A stretch of 64,000 nucleotides of DNA, from NCBI GenBank assembly GCA_965215335.1, contig CBDCDA010000001.1:608001-672000 (forward strand), written 5' to 3'. This DNA is from an uncultured Candidatus Entotheonella sp. Its GTDB lineage: Bacteria > Tectomicrobia > Entotheonellia > Entotheonellales > Entotheonellaceae. The notes below the pieces were generated by a model, which had not been told where the DNA came from, ran no database searches, and saw only the letters and a program-made list of their open reading frames with translations. Positions 10,673 to 20,827 of the stretch are shown here, piece by piece (position 1 is the stretch's first letter; each line of letters opens with the position of its first letter). The translations under genes were made by a program, and so were the position numbers.

Positions 10673-11317
10673 TCAGGTTGGAAGGCCGTCAGGAGGGCGA
10701 ACCAGATGAGACGTGTCATTGAACCGCACGACACGCCAGCGATCGCCACAGACGATGATCGTGTGAATGCCGCAATTGTGGGATTCAAAGGTGCGCTTGC
10801 CCGTGCAGTCGAGCCCTTGGGCGCGCAATCCCAGCACCGTGCAAACCCCGCTGTGCGTCACCAGCACCAACGAGCCGACGTGCGTTGAGGCGAGAATGTC
10901 ATCCACGGCCCGATTGGCACGGGCATAGAATTGCCGCCACGTTTCAGCCCCGGCCGGCGCCACGTCATAGGGATTGTCGCGCCGCGCCGCGTACACGTCC
11001 GGGTGACGTTGCCGAATCTCCTGCGACGACAGACCCTGCCAAACGCCAAAGTTGATTTCGCGCAGGCCGACGTTCTGGATGACCTGCAGGCCGGTTGCCC
11101 GGCCGACCAAGCGGGCCGTCTCGGAAGCCCGTTGCAGGTCGCTGCTGCAAAGAGCGGCAGCGCCCGTGCAGGCCAACCGCAGGCCAGTCAGGCGGGCCTG
11201 CGCCCTTCCCGTGGCGTTGAGGGGCGGATCAAGGTGGCCCTGAATGCGTCTCGATTGGTTCCAGTCGGTAAGCCCGTGCCGCATCACGTACAGGAGACGC
11301 TCACAGGGCATGCTCAC
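10673..11317 (-). CDS. Histidine phosphatase (phosphoglycerate mutase-like) family protein
   Basis: RHG motif, SSDLQRA, REINFGVWQG, VTHSG. Confidence 0.9.
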   Translation of the reverse strand: MSMPCERLLYVMRHGLTDWNQSRRIQGHLDPPLNATGRAQARLTGLRLACTGAAALCSSDLQRASETARLVGRATGLQVIQNVGLREINFGVWQGLSSQEIRQRHPDVYAARRDNPYDVAPAGAETWRQFYARANRAVDDILASTHVGSLVLVTHSGVCTVLGLRAQGLDCTGKRTFESHNCGIHTIIVCGDRWRVVRFNDTSHLVRPPDGLPT

Positions 11318-12708
11318 ATCCGCTTGAGTCGAGGGCCATGGGGGGTGTCTTCGATGACGTAACCGTGTTCCCGAATGGCGTCACGCAGCGCATCCGCACG
11401 GCCATAATCGCGGTTTTTGCGCGCCTCCTGGCGCTGCGCCAGCAACTGTTCGACCGCCGCATCGTGCTGCGCGGCGGCGTCCGCGTCGAGAATGCCGAGA
11501 ACGCCATCGAAATGATACATCAAGTCCTGCACCTCGCGGGCATCGGCCGAACTGAGCCGGCCGCCGGCCCGGATGCGGTTGACGTCGCGCACCATCTGGA
11601 AAACGGCGCCGAGGGCGCCCGAGATGTTGAGGTCGTCGTCGAGGGACTTTTCGAAGGCCTCCCGCGTCTGCTGCAGCAAGGGCTGCACGTCGGCACCGCT
11701 ACCGCAGGCCGACGGCAGGTTGTCCATGAAGTCGAGCAGTCGTTGCACCCCGGTTTCGGCACCGCGCAGGTTGTCCAGCGTGAAGTTCATCGGCTGCCGA
11801 TAGTGCGTGGCCAGCAAGGCGTAGCGAATGCCCTTGGGCTTGAAGCCCTGGTCCAACAGGTCGCGCAAGGTGAAAAAGTTGCCCAGGGACTTGGACATTT
11901 TCATGTTGTCGACCAGCAAATGCCGGCAATGCAGCCAGTAGTTCACAAAGGTTTCGCCGGTGGCGGCCTCGGACTGGGCGATCTCGTTCTCGTGGTGAGG
12001 AAAAACGTTGTCCTCGCCGCCCGTGTGAATATCGAAATGCGTGCCGAGGTATTTCACCGACATGGCCGAGCACTCGATGTGCCAGCCGGGCCGTCCCTTG
12101 CCCAGTTCGGTCTCCCAGAAAACGTCGCCATCCTCGGGCGTCCAGGCCTTCCACAGGGCGAAGTCGCGCACGTCGTCCTTGGCGTATTCATCGCGGTCCA
12201 CCCTGCCGCTGGTGCCATTTTGCAGGGTTTCAGCGTCGAGGTGGGCGAGCTTGCCGTAGCCTGGAAATCGGTCGAGGCGGAAATAGATGGAGCCCTCCAC
12301 GTCATACGTGTAGCCGCGGTCTCGTAGCCGCTGAATCATGGCAACCATGTCGGGGATGTGGTCTGTGGCGGCGGGATAGACTTCGGCGGGCTCGATATTC
12401 AACGTTCGAAGATCCTCAAAAAAGGCATGCTTATGGATGGCCGTGAAATCCCACAGGGTCATCTCGGCACGCCGCGAATCACGGATCGTCTTGTCATCGA
12501 CGTCCGTCAGATTCATCACCTGGTTCACGTCGTAGCCGCGGTACTTGAGATATCGACGCAGCAGGTCCTCAAACACGTAGGCGCGGTAGTTGCCGATGTG
12601 GGGGCTGTTGTACACCGTGGGTCCGCACGTGTACATCCTGGCTTTCCCCGGCTCGAGCGGCCGAAAGTCGTCTTTTTTCCGGGTCAGGGTATTGTAAAAC
12701 CGCAACAT
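11314..12708 (-). CDS. cysS: Cysteine--tRNA ligase
   Basis: CGPTVY, HIGN, GRPGWHIECSAM, KMSKS. Confidence 0.98.
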   Translation of the reverse strand: MLRFYNTLTRKKDDFRPLEPGKARMYTCGPTVYNSPHIGNYRAYVFEDLLRRYLKYRGYDVNQVMNLTDVDDKTIRDSRRAEMTLWDFTAIHKHAFFEDLRTLNIEPAEVYPAATDHIPDMVAMIQRLRDRGYTYDVEGSIYFRLDRFPGYGKLAHLDAETLQNGTSGRVDRDEYAKDDVRDFALWKAWTPEDGDVFWETELGKGRPGWHIECSAMSVKYLGTHFDIHTGGEDNVFPHHENEIAQSEAATGETFVNYWLHCRHLLVDNMKMSKSLGNFFTLRDLLDQGFKPKGIRYALLATHYRQPMNFTLDNLRGAETGVQRLLDFMDNLPSACGSGADVQPLLQQTREAFEKSLDDDLNISGALGAVFQMVRDVNRIRAGGRLSSADAREVQDLMYHFDGVLGILDADAAAQHDAAVEQLLAQRQEARKNRDYGRADALRDAIREHGYVIEDTPHGPRLKRM

Positions 12709-12928
12709 GCGCTGGCTGAGCTTTCTGCAGAGGAGGAATCAAAACAAGCAAGGGAGATTCTCGATGATCGGGCGATTGTAGTTGCGTGCCAGCCGGATTG
12801 TCAACCGCCGCGGTGCCCCGCGAGGGACACCGTCGTGTAGCGTCGTCAGGCCCATTGTGACAGAATGGGCGGTACCAACCAATCCCTACTCCGCTGTCAT
12901 TTGGCAACCCGTTTTCAGGAGGAGAGCG

Positions 12929-13795
12929 ATGCAGCTCGGTGTCATCTTTCCCCAGACCGAGATCGGCGCCGACCCGAAAGGGGTGCGCGATTTCGCCCAG
13001 GCCGCCGAGGCATTGGGCTACGCCCACGTGATCGTCTTCGACCACGTCCTGGGCGCCGACACCACGTATTACACGAATTGGGCAGGCCCCTACGCGCAGG
13101 GCGACCTGTTTCACGAGCCCTTCGTGCTCTACGGCTACCTCGCCGCCGTGACCCAGAAGCTGGAGCTGGTGACCGCGGTCATCATTCTGGGGCAGCGGCA
13201 GACGGCGCTGGTCGCCAAGCAGGCGGCGGCCGTGGACGTGCTCAGCGGCGGGCGGTTGCGTCTGGGCGTGGGCATCGGCTGGAACGCCGTGGAATACGAG
13301 GCCCTGAACGAGAATTTTCACGACCGCGGCAAACGCAGCGAGGAACAAATCGCGGTGCTGCGGGCGCTGTGGACGCGGGAGGTCGTTGATTTTCACGGCC
13401 GCTGGCACACCATCACGCACGCCGGCATCAATCCCCTGCCCGTGCAACGGCCCATCCCCTTGTGGCTGGGCGGTCGCGTTGAAGCCGTGGTCGAGCGGGT
13501 CGGACGCCTGGCGGACGGCTGGTTCCCGCAGTTTGCGCCGGACGATGCCGGACGCGCGACCATCGAACGCATGCACGGGTATGCCCGCGCCGCCGGGCGC
13601 GACCCTGCGGCGATCGGCATCGAGGGGCGCATCAGCCTTGCCGAAAGCGGCCCGGACGCCTGGTGTCGGCTGGCCGAAGCCTGGCGCGGCCTGGGTGCAA
13701 CCCATCTCTCCCTGAACACCATGCGGGCCGGTCTGGCCACGCCGGACGCCCATATCGACGCTATCCGGCAGTTTCGTGAAGCCATGAAGGGCTAA
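12929..13795 (+). CDS. LLM-class (probably F420-dependent) oxidoreductase
   Basis: MQLGVIFPQTEIG, FDHVLGA, FHEPFVL, LGVGIGWN; RBS AGGAGG. Confidence 0.88.
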   Translation: MQLGVIFPQTEIGADPKGVRDFAQAAEALGYAHVIVFDHVLGADTTYYTNWAGPYAQGDLFHEPFVLYGYLAAVTQKLELVTAVIILGQRQTALVAKQAAAVDVLSGGRLRLGVGIGWNAVEYEALNENFHDRGKRSEEQIAVLRALWTREVVDFHGRWHTITHAGINPLPVQRPIPLWLGGRVEAVVERVGRLADGWFPQFAPDDAGRATIERMHGYARAAGRDPAAIGIEGRISLAESGPDAWCRLAEAWRGLGATHLSLNTMRAGLATPDAHIDAIRQFREAMKG

Positions 13796-13816
13796 CCTCA
13801 GAAAGGAGCACGCCCC

Positions 13817-14701
13817 ATGAGAACGACCCGACTGACGTTGACCGGCCTTCTGACCGCCCTGCTTGTGGCCTCTGGCGCCGTTTGGACCCTGGCACAGGAC
13901 GACGCAGATCGCGACATCGAACGGATTGCCGGTGAGGTGTACCGCTTCCGCAACAAGTTCCATTACTCGGTCTTCGCGGTGACCCCCGAGGGGATTATCG
14001 CCACGGATCCCATCAATGCCGAGGCGGCCGAGTGGTTGAAGGCGGCCTTGCAGCGGCGCTTCAACCAGCCCGTCAAGTACCTCATCTACAGCCACGAGCA
14101 TCCCGATCACATCTCCGGCGGCGAGGTGTTCGCCGACACGGCCACCGTGGTGGCGCACGAGCGCGCCAAGGCCAAGATCGTGGGTGAGCAGCGCCGCACG
14201 GCCACGCCGCACCTTACCTTCACCGACCGCATGAGCATCGAACTGGGCGGCACGACGGTGGAGCTCTCCCACGTCGGCCGCAACCACTCGGACAACTCCA
14301 TCGTCATGCGCTTCCCGAAAGAGCGCGTCCTCTTTGCCGTCGATTTCATACCGGTTCAGGCGGTGGCGTTCCGCGACCTGCATGACGCCTACATCGAGGA
14401 ATGGATCGACTCCCTGGCGCGCGTCGAGCGCATGGACTTCGACATCCTGGCACCGGGGCATGGCCGGTTGGGAACTCGAGACCACGTGCGGCAATTTCGA
14501 GAGTACATGCAGGACCTCTATCAAGAGGTGCTGAAGCACGCCAGGGCGGGACTATCCCTGGAAGAAATGCAGCAGACCATCCGGCTGCCCAGGTACGAAA
14601 AGTGGTTCGGGTATCAATCGGACAACCCGCGCCTCAACTGGTTCCCGATGAACATCGCCGGGATGTATCGGTATATACAAAACCACCGTCGCCCCAATTG
14701 A
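13817..14701 (+). CDS. Secreted metallo-beta-lactamase-fold hydrolase
   Basis: Hydrophobic N-terminal signal; SHEHPDH (HxHxDH), NHS, PGHG. Confidence 0.85.
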   Translation: MRTTRLTLTGLLTALLVASGAVWTLAQDDADRDIERIAGEVYRFRNKFHYSVFAVTPEGIIATDPINAEAAEWLKAALQRRFNQPVKYLIYSHEHPDHISGGEVFADTATVVAHERAKAKIVGEQRRTATPHLTFTDRMSIELGGTTVELSHVGRNHSDNSIVMRFPKERVLFAVDFIPVQAVAFRDLHDAYIEEWIDSLARVERMDFDILAPGHGRLGTRDHVRQFREYMQDLYQEVLKHARAGLSLEEMQQTIRLPRYEKWFGYQSDNPRLNWFPMNIAGMYRYIQNHRRPN

Positions 14702-14728
14702 CAGGGGTTTGCAGGGAGGGACGTCAGG

Positions 14729-15508
14729 ATGCCGCGTTTTTCCGCCAACATCGGTTTCATGTTCAACGAAGTGCCGTTTGCGGACCGCTATGACGCCGCG
14801 GCCCAGGCCGGCTTTCGCGGCATCGAATGCCCGTTTCCCTACGAGGTTCCGCCGGATGAACTGGCACGGCTTTTGCCACGTCACGGCGTCCAGCAGGTTC
14901 TCTGCAACCTGCCGCCTGACGGCATGGCGGCCATTCCCGGGCAGGAGGAAGCGTTTGCCGCGGGTCTGGAACGGGCCTTGACCTACGCCCGCGCCTTGAA
15001 CTGCCCGCGCCTGCACGCCATGGCCGGGGCGCCGGCGGCGGAGATGCACCGCTCGGACTGCGAGGCCGTCTACGTGCGCAACCTTAGATGGGCGGCGGAA
15101 ACCCTGCAGCCGCACGGCGTTCACCTGCTGATCGAGCCGATCAACACCACCGGCATGCCCGGTTACTTTCTGCACACCGCCGCACAAGCGCGCCGCATCA
15201 TGGACCAAGTGGGCCACGACAACCTGTTCCTGCAACTCGACCTGTATCACTGCCAGATCATGACGGGCAACCTGTCCGAGACCATCAAGACCCACCTTGA
15301 GGTGATCGACCACTTCCAGATCGCCGGTCATCCCGGCCGTCACGAACCCGACGTCGGCGAGATCAATTACCCTTACCTGTTCGATCTGGTCGACAGCCTT
15401 GGATACACCGGATGGGTCGGGTGCGAGTATCGGCCGCGCGCCGACACGGTGGCGGGGCTTGCCTGGCTCCGTCCCTTTCTCGACGGGACGTCTGTGGCGG
15501 GGTGCTGA
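14729..15508 (+). CDS. hyi: Hydroxypyruvate isomerase family protein
   Basis: MPRFSAN, LIEPIN, DLYHCQ, PGRHEPDVGEINY, GCEYRP. Confidence 0.88.
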   Translation: MPRFSANIGFMFNEVPFADRYDAAAQAGFRGIECPFPYEVPPDELARLLPRHGVQQVLCNLPPDGMAAIPGQEEAFAAGLERALTYARALNCPRLHAMAGAPAAEMHRSDCEAVYVRNLRWAAETLQPHGVHLLIEPINTTGMPGYFLHTAAQARRIMDQVGHDNLFLQLDLYHCQIMTGNLSETIKTHLEVIDHFQIAGHPGRHEPDVGEINYPYLFDLVDSLGYTGWVGCEYRPRADTVAGLAWLRPFLDGTSVAGC

Positions 15509-15710
15509 AGCCAAATGCCGGATGTGCAAGGTAACGGGGAAGCATGGCGGCAGAGAGTAATGCAGAGAGACAACGGCGCTACCGCGAGCGCCAGAAGGCG
15601 AAACAGCCGCGCATGAGCGGAACCTCGCGGGAAAGGAAGACATCAGCGAATCGGAATGGGGTCTCCAGGCCCTGCACGTCAGTTCCTTTTCTCGAATTGC
15701 CCCTTTGTGC

Positions 15711-15756
15711 TTGACTTCGCCCAGTCGTCTCGGTTATGTGGTGCATGATACACCAC
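15711..15756 (+). promoter_or_regulatory. Putative sigma70 promoter with an overlapping palindromic operator
   Basis: TTGACT-17-TTATGT; GTGGTG-N7-CACCAC at 15738-15756, upstream of the RHH gene. Confidence 0.5.
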
Positions 15757-15778
15757 GATAGCAAGATGGTGGACATAC

Positions 15779-15994
15779 ATGGCTCGTCCACGGCAAAACA
15801 AGCAGACCGCACGGCTCAGTGTCAGCTTCGACAAGGAAGTCCATGAGCGTGTAGCGGCACTCGCGGACGCCCATGATGTGTCGGCCGCCTGGATCATACG
15901 CAAAGCAATCAGCGCCTATCTGGAAGATTACTCCCACAGCGCACAGATCATCAGCAGTGCTCGTCCCGTTCCGTGCCAATCGGGGGCGGAATGA
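15779..15994 (+). CDS. Ribbon-helix-helix (CopG-like) DNA-binding protein
   Basis: RLSVSF strand followed by helices VHERVAALA and VSAAWIIRKAISAYL; the stop overlaps the next ATG. Confidence 0.75.
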   Translation: MARPRQNKQTARLSVSFDKEVHERVAALADAHDVSAAWIIRKAISAYLEDYSHSAQIISSARPVPCQSGAE

Positions 15995-17357
15995 TGAGCA
16001 GGAAAAGCGACCTTCCCTTCGGTAGTGAGTTTTCGCCTTCGCAGATTGATTTGGCCCACGTGCTGGAGCTTGCAGAACTTCACGGTGGCGACCGGCGCGC
16101 ATTCGAGAACGCCGTGCGTGCCGCCTACTTCGAAGGGCATGCCACCAGCGCCTACAACCGCGGCAAGCTCGCGAACAACACCAGGCTCGGCATGATCGCC
16201 TACGGCATCATCGACCGTGACGCGAACCTGATCGATTTCGGGCACGAATTGAGCGCCCTGAAGGACGATGAACCTGCTCTCTACCAGCGTCTCGCCAAGC
16301 ACATCCTTCTCAACCTGCATGGTATGACCCTTGTCCGCTGCATTCAGGACATGGTGGCCGCCGGGGAGGCCGCCTCTCTCACCACCTTGCGCAATGGATT
16401 GGCAGCGCGTGGGGTGCACTACCCGTCGGGCGGCAAGCATCCCAGCATGATGCGCCTGTGGCTTGCCAAGGCAGGGGGTGTTTGTCGGGACTCGTTGGCA
16501 GATCAACACCCACCGCGTCGAAGACATTCTCGGACTGAACCCCGACGAGTTTGCCGTCCTCGCCGACTTCACGCCCGAACAGCGCGCCTTCTTGCGCGCG
16601 CTGGCCAATACCGGCACGACGGCCCCGCAGCCCGCCAATGAAATCGTGAGGCTCGCAACGGCCACATACGGGGTGAAGTTCCCCGAGAAAAGTCTGCCGA
16701 AACTTGTTCTTCACGCCCTCGAAGAAGCAGGCTACATCACGTCAGAGAAAACCACGACGGGACGCGGTGCAAAGCCCTTCCAGGTCGCCCCGACCGGCAA
16801 ACTCGTCGCGGACGTGGTCGAGCCGCTCCTGGAGCAGCTCAAGGGCCAGATCGATCCGAAGCTTTTGGCACTTCTGCGCACGCCTCTCGCGGACATTCTC
16901 GCGGAGCTGGATCATAGGGACCGCCATGTCGCGGGGCTTGCGCTCGAGGCACTCGCATTCAAGATCATGCGCCTGCTCGACATGACCTATGTTGCGACCC
17001 GTCTGCGGGCGAATCAGACGGGCGGCGCCGAGGTTGATCTCGTTTTTGAGAGCGCCCGCCTCGTGTTGCTGGCAGATTCAGTGCAAGAACACGGCCCGCG
17101 TCGCGCTCGACGACGTGGCCAAGGAAGTCGGTCTCACGCACTTTCTCAAGAGCAACGTGATCGTCATCGTCACGACAGGCGACATCAGCGGTGAAGCGCG
17201 CCGTTACGCCAACAAGATCATGGCCGACTCCAATCTCGCGGTCGTCATGCTCGACGGCGGCGACCTTCAGGCGATCAGCGAAAGCCCGGCAACCATCGTT
17301 CGCGCCTTTGAACGCGAGGCACGGCACGCCATGAACCTCAAAAAACTGGACATCTAG
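15991..17357 (+). pseudogene. Restriction endonuclease with C-terminal Mrr-like catalytic domain, two frameshifts
   Basis: Three consecutive frames joined at the G5 run 16474-16478 and at ~17066; EVDL...WQIQCKN motif; directly upstream of an MTase. Confidence 0.75.
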
Positions 17358-17369
17358 CGGGTTGACAAG

Positions 17370-18527
17370 ATGACCGGAAAAGCACTTCCGACCGTCTACC
17401 ATGAAACCCGTCTCGGGCGCATCTATCACGCCGACAGCCTGGACGTGATGAAGCGTCGCAAGAAGACGTCCGTTGACCTGATCATGACCAGCCCGCCCTT
17501 TGCGCTGACTCGCAAGAAGGATTACGGCAACGAGCAAGAGGATGCCTATCTCGAATGGTTCCGCGCCTTTGCGAAACAGTTTCACCGCATTCTGAAAGAC
17601 GACGGCAGCCTTGTCATCGACCTGGGCGGCGCATGGAAACCAGGGCTTCCCGTGCGCAGCCTCTATCACTTCAAGCTTCTGATCATGCTGTGCGAGGAAT
17701 ACGGCTTCCATCTTGCGCAGGAATTCTACTGGTGGAATCCGTCGAAACTCCCGACCCCAGCGGAGTGGGTGAATGTGCGCCGCATCCGGGTCAAGGATGC
17801 GGTCAACACGGTGTGGTGGCTCGCCAAGACACCCTACCCGCGTGCCAGCAACCGGCGCGTCCTGCAACCCTACAGCGACAGCATGAAGACGCTTCTGTCG
17901 AATGGATACAGTGCCAGGCTGCGCCCGTCCGGGCACGACATCAGCGAAAAATTCGCCATCGACAATGGCGCGGCGATCCCGCCGAACCTGATCGCCGTTC
18001 CGAACACGGAGAGCAACAGCAGGTACATGCGCTACTGCAGCGAGCATGGCATCAAGGCGCATCCCGCCCGTTTTCCGGCCGCCTTGCCGGAATACTTCAT
18101 TCGCATGACGACAGACCCCGGTGATTTGGTTCTCGACCCGTTCGGAGGCAGTTGCGTGACGGGTGAAGTGGCTGAGCGTCTTGAGCGGAAGTGGGTTTGC
18201 GTCGAGCTTGTCGAGGCGTACCTGCGGGGCGCGAAAGGGCGCTTTGTACGGTCTGGGGAGTTGCCGTTGGCGGATGTTACGAAGGTAGCCAGGGCAATCA
18301 AGAAGAACGAAGATGGTTATTATCGCATCCCCCATCCGGGCTTGCTCTGGAACGGTAACGACAGGACGCCGCTTGCCGAAGACGGCGGCAAGCGGCGTCC
18401 AGAGTCAATGTGCAGGGACCAGTCATCAACCAAGGCTGGAAGCTGCCGTCCTGGGGGCGCGGAGAAGCTCGGCAAAGAACGTCGGCCAGAAGTCTTGGAT
18501 GGACAGGACGTGTCGGTCAAGGGTTGA
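17370..18527 (+). CDS. Beta-class N4-cytosine DNA methyltransferase, M.PvuII-like
   Basis: TSPPFALTRKKDYGN, NPSKLPTPAEWVN, RVKDAVNTVWW, HPARFP, DPFGGS. Confidence 0.9.
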   Translation: MTGKALPTVYHETRLGRIYHADSLDVMKRRKKTSVDLIMTSPPFALTRKKDYGNEQEDAYLEWFRAFAKQFHRILKDDGSLVIDLGGAWKPGLPVRSLYHFKLLIMLCEEYGFHLAQEFYWWNPSKLPTPAEWVNVRRIRVKDAVNTVWWLAKTPYPRASNRRVLQPYSDSMKTLLSNGYSARLRPSGHDISEKFAIDNGAAIPPNLIAVPNTESNSRYMRYCSEHGIKAHPARFPAALPEYFIRMTTDPGDLVLDPFGGSCVTGEVAERLERKWVCVELVEAYLRGAKGRFVRSGELPLADVTKVARAIKKNEDGYYRIPHPGLLWNGNDRTPLAEDGGKRRPESMCRDQSSTKAGSCRPGGAEKLGKERRPEVLDGQDVSVKG

Positions 18528-18608
18528 AGGTTGAGCGCTTATGACCGGATGACGCCTCAGAATCGCTCAGGCGTGATTTGCCCGAAGGACCGTACAAAAC
18601 GCCCAACA

Positions 18609-18634
18609 AGAAAGCCGCCCGGAGGCGGCTTTCT
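18609..18634. terminator. Bidirectional intrinsic terminator
   Basis: AGAAAGCCGCC-CGGA-GGCGGCTTTCT between convergent genes. Confidence 0.75.
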
Positions 18635-18755
18635 CTGCGTCAGTTCGCCTGACCCTTGGGGTATCAGGCGCAACGCTGTATGCGCCAGGGGTGAACGACG
18701 ATAAAAACGACGGGGTTGCCGTGAAGCCATCCCGCCGCCAAGCCCTTGCTGCTTC

Positions 18756-19604
18756 TCAGACGTCCTTGTCGATCGGAGCGCCCACCAGGTTGCCCCATTC
18801 CGTCCACGAGCCGTCGTAGTTGCGGACGTTCTCATAACCCAAGAGATAGGTAAGCACAAACCACGTGTGGCTCGACCGCTCGCCAATGCGGCAGTAGGCG
18901 ATGACGTCGCTATCCGGCTTGAGGCCGGCCCGGCCTTCATACAGGGCTTCCAGTTCATCGGCGGGCTTGAAGGTGCCGTCGGCGGCCACCGCCTGCCCCC
19001 ACGGGACGTTCGCGGCGCCGGGGATGTGCCCGCCGCGCAGTGCGCCCTCCTGCGGATAATCCGCCATGTGGGTGAGTTCGCCGCTGTATTCGGCCGGCGA
19101 GCGGACGTCGATCAGGTCCTTGTCAGCCTTCATGTGCTCCGTCACCTCGTCGCGGAAGGCGCGGATGCCGAGGTTCGGGGCGGCAGCGGTGTACGTCTCG
19201 GCGGCGCAGGTTGGCCGCTCGGTACTCAGCTCGCGGCCCTCGTCGATCCATTTCTGCCGCCCGCCGTTCATGACCCGGCAATCGGCGTGGCCGTACATCT
19301 TGAAGACCCACAGCGCGTAGCAGGCCCACCAGTTGTTCTTGTCGCCGTAGAACACCACCGTATGGCTGTTGGAAATACCCTTGCCGCCGATGAGGTTCCC
19401 GAACGCCTGCTGGTTGACGTAGTCGCGCACCACCTGGTGTTGCAGCTCGTTCTGCCAGTCCACCTTTATGGCGCCGGGTATGTGCCCGGTTTCGTAGAGC
19501 AGGATGTCTTCATCCGATTCGACGATGCGCACGGATGGGTCGTTGAGGTGAGCGGCAACCCATTCGGTGCTCACCAGGACTTCCGGATGGACGTACTCAG
19601 CCAT
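18756..19604 (-). CDS. Thiosulfate sulfurtransferase (two-domain rhodanese)
   Basis: GHIPGA twice, active-site [16 protein letters not shown]. Confidence 0.92.
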   Translation of the reverse strand: MAEYVHPEVLVSTEWVAAHLNDPSVRIVESDEDILLYETGHIPGAIKVDWQNELQHQVVRDYVNQQAFGNLIGGKGISNSHTVVFYGDKNNWWACYALWVFKMYGHADCRVMNGGRQKWIDEGRELSTERPTCAAETYTAAAPNLGIRAFRDEVTEHMKADKDLIDVRSPAEYSGELTHMADYPQEGALRGGHIPGAANVPWGQAVAADGTFKPADELEALYEGRAGLKPDSDVIAYCRIGERSSHTWFVLTYLLGYENVRNYDGSWTEWGNLVGAPIDKDV

Positions 19605-19730
19605 CGTGTGTGCCTCCCTGTTCGGAGAAATGGTCAGGAGGAGCAGTCCCCCTCCCCTGGCGTCGTTGGATAACGTGAATAGAAGTATACACCTACCTGT
19701 CACGTAGAACCGTCAGGCTGCCAAGCGCGC

Positions 19731-20490
19731 TCAGAAGGGCAACGTCCAACGGCCGTACCACGCCAACAATGTTTCCCCCCACAGCATGGCCGCGATCCCT
19801 CCGATGGCCAGAAACGGGCCGAACGGCACGGGGTCTCGCCGCCCCTTGAGTCCCAGCAGGATCAGTGTCAACCCGCTTGTCGCCCCGCAGAAGGCGCTCA
19901 GGATGATGGCTGCGAGCACCGCCTGCCAGCCGACAAACGCCCCGATCATGGCGATGAGCTTCACGTCGCCACCGCCCAGGCCGGCGGGATATGCAAAGGC
20001 GATGAGCAGAAAAATCCCCCCGCCCAGGCAGGCCCCGGCAACGGCATTGGCAAATCCGATTGACGCGGGCAGCAAGGCGATGGCGACGCCGACCACGATG
20101 CCCGGCAACGTCACCGTATCGGGAATGATCATGTGCGCGAGGTCGATGAAGGACACGATCAGCAACGCCGTCACCAGCAGGGCGTAGGCAAAGGCGTGCA
20201 CCGAAAGCCCGAGTTGGTGATACCCGATCAGGTAGAGCAGGCCGCCAAGGCTCTCCACGACCGGGTAACGCCAGGAAATGCGCTCCTGGCAGAAGGCGCA
20301 GCGGCCCCTCAAGACGACGAAACTGGCAATCGGCAGGTTATGCCACGGACGCAGAGAGTGTTGGCAGGACGCGCACCGCGAGGCTGGGTAGACGATGGAT
20401 TGTCGCAACGGCAGGCGGTGGATGCACACATTGGCGAAGCTGGCGGCGATGCTTCCCAGAACAAAAGCGACGACGTGGTCAAAAACGGGC
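19731..20490 (-). CDS. pilD: Type IV prepilin peptidase (A24); start uncertain
   Basis: SFANVCIHRLP, two CxxC pairs, FIDL, GGGDVKL, PFGPFL. The frame extends upstream of GTG 20429 without a canonical start. Confidence 0.88.
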
Positions 20491-20827
20491 GTGGTCTGCG
20501 AAGTTACGCTCCTTTCCCGCTCCCCGCGGGCGTGACGGCAAGCCGCTTTCCCGTGACGCCGTCGGGCACATTCACGATGTCGTCACCCTCCCTTTCCGAT
20601 GGCTTTACGCGGCAGCGTGGTTGATGCCCGAGCCTTGCAGAGCAACCGAGTGAAGACGGTGTGTGCACGGCCCTTTTGCATGCAAGTCGCTCCGCAGCAA
20701 GCTCTGTACAAGTCAGCGGACGGTCTGATGGCAATAAAAGCCCGCGCTCTCTCACCAGACATGACTGAACCTCGGGCGCCCGGTGTCGTATGGCAAAACA
20801 GGCGCTGCATTCCAGCGTCGAGACAGG

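Noticed and set aside
12912..12923. TTTTCAGGAGGA shared upstream of both LLM genes (also ~55179)
   Set aside because: Mostly Shine-Dalgarno sequence; too short to support co-regulation.
20500..20827. Possible c-di-GMP riboswitch or pilin remnant upstream of pilD
   Set aside because: No convincing riboswitch consensus and no G|FxxxE prepilin motif.
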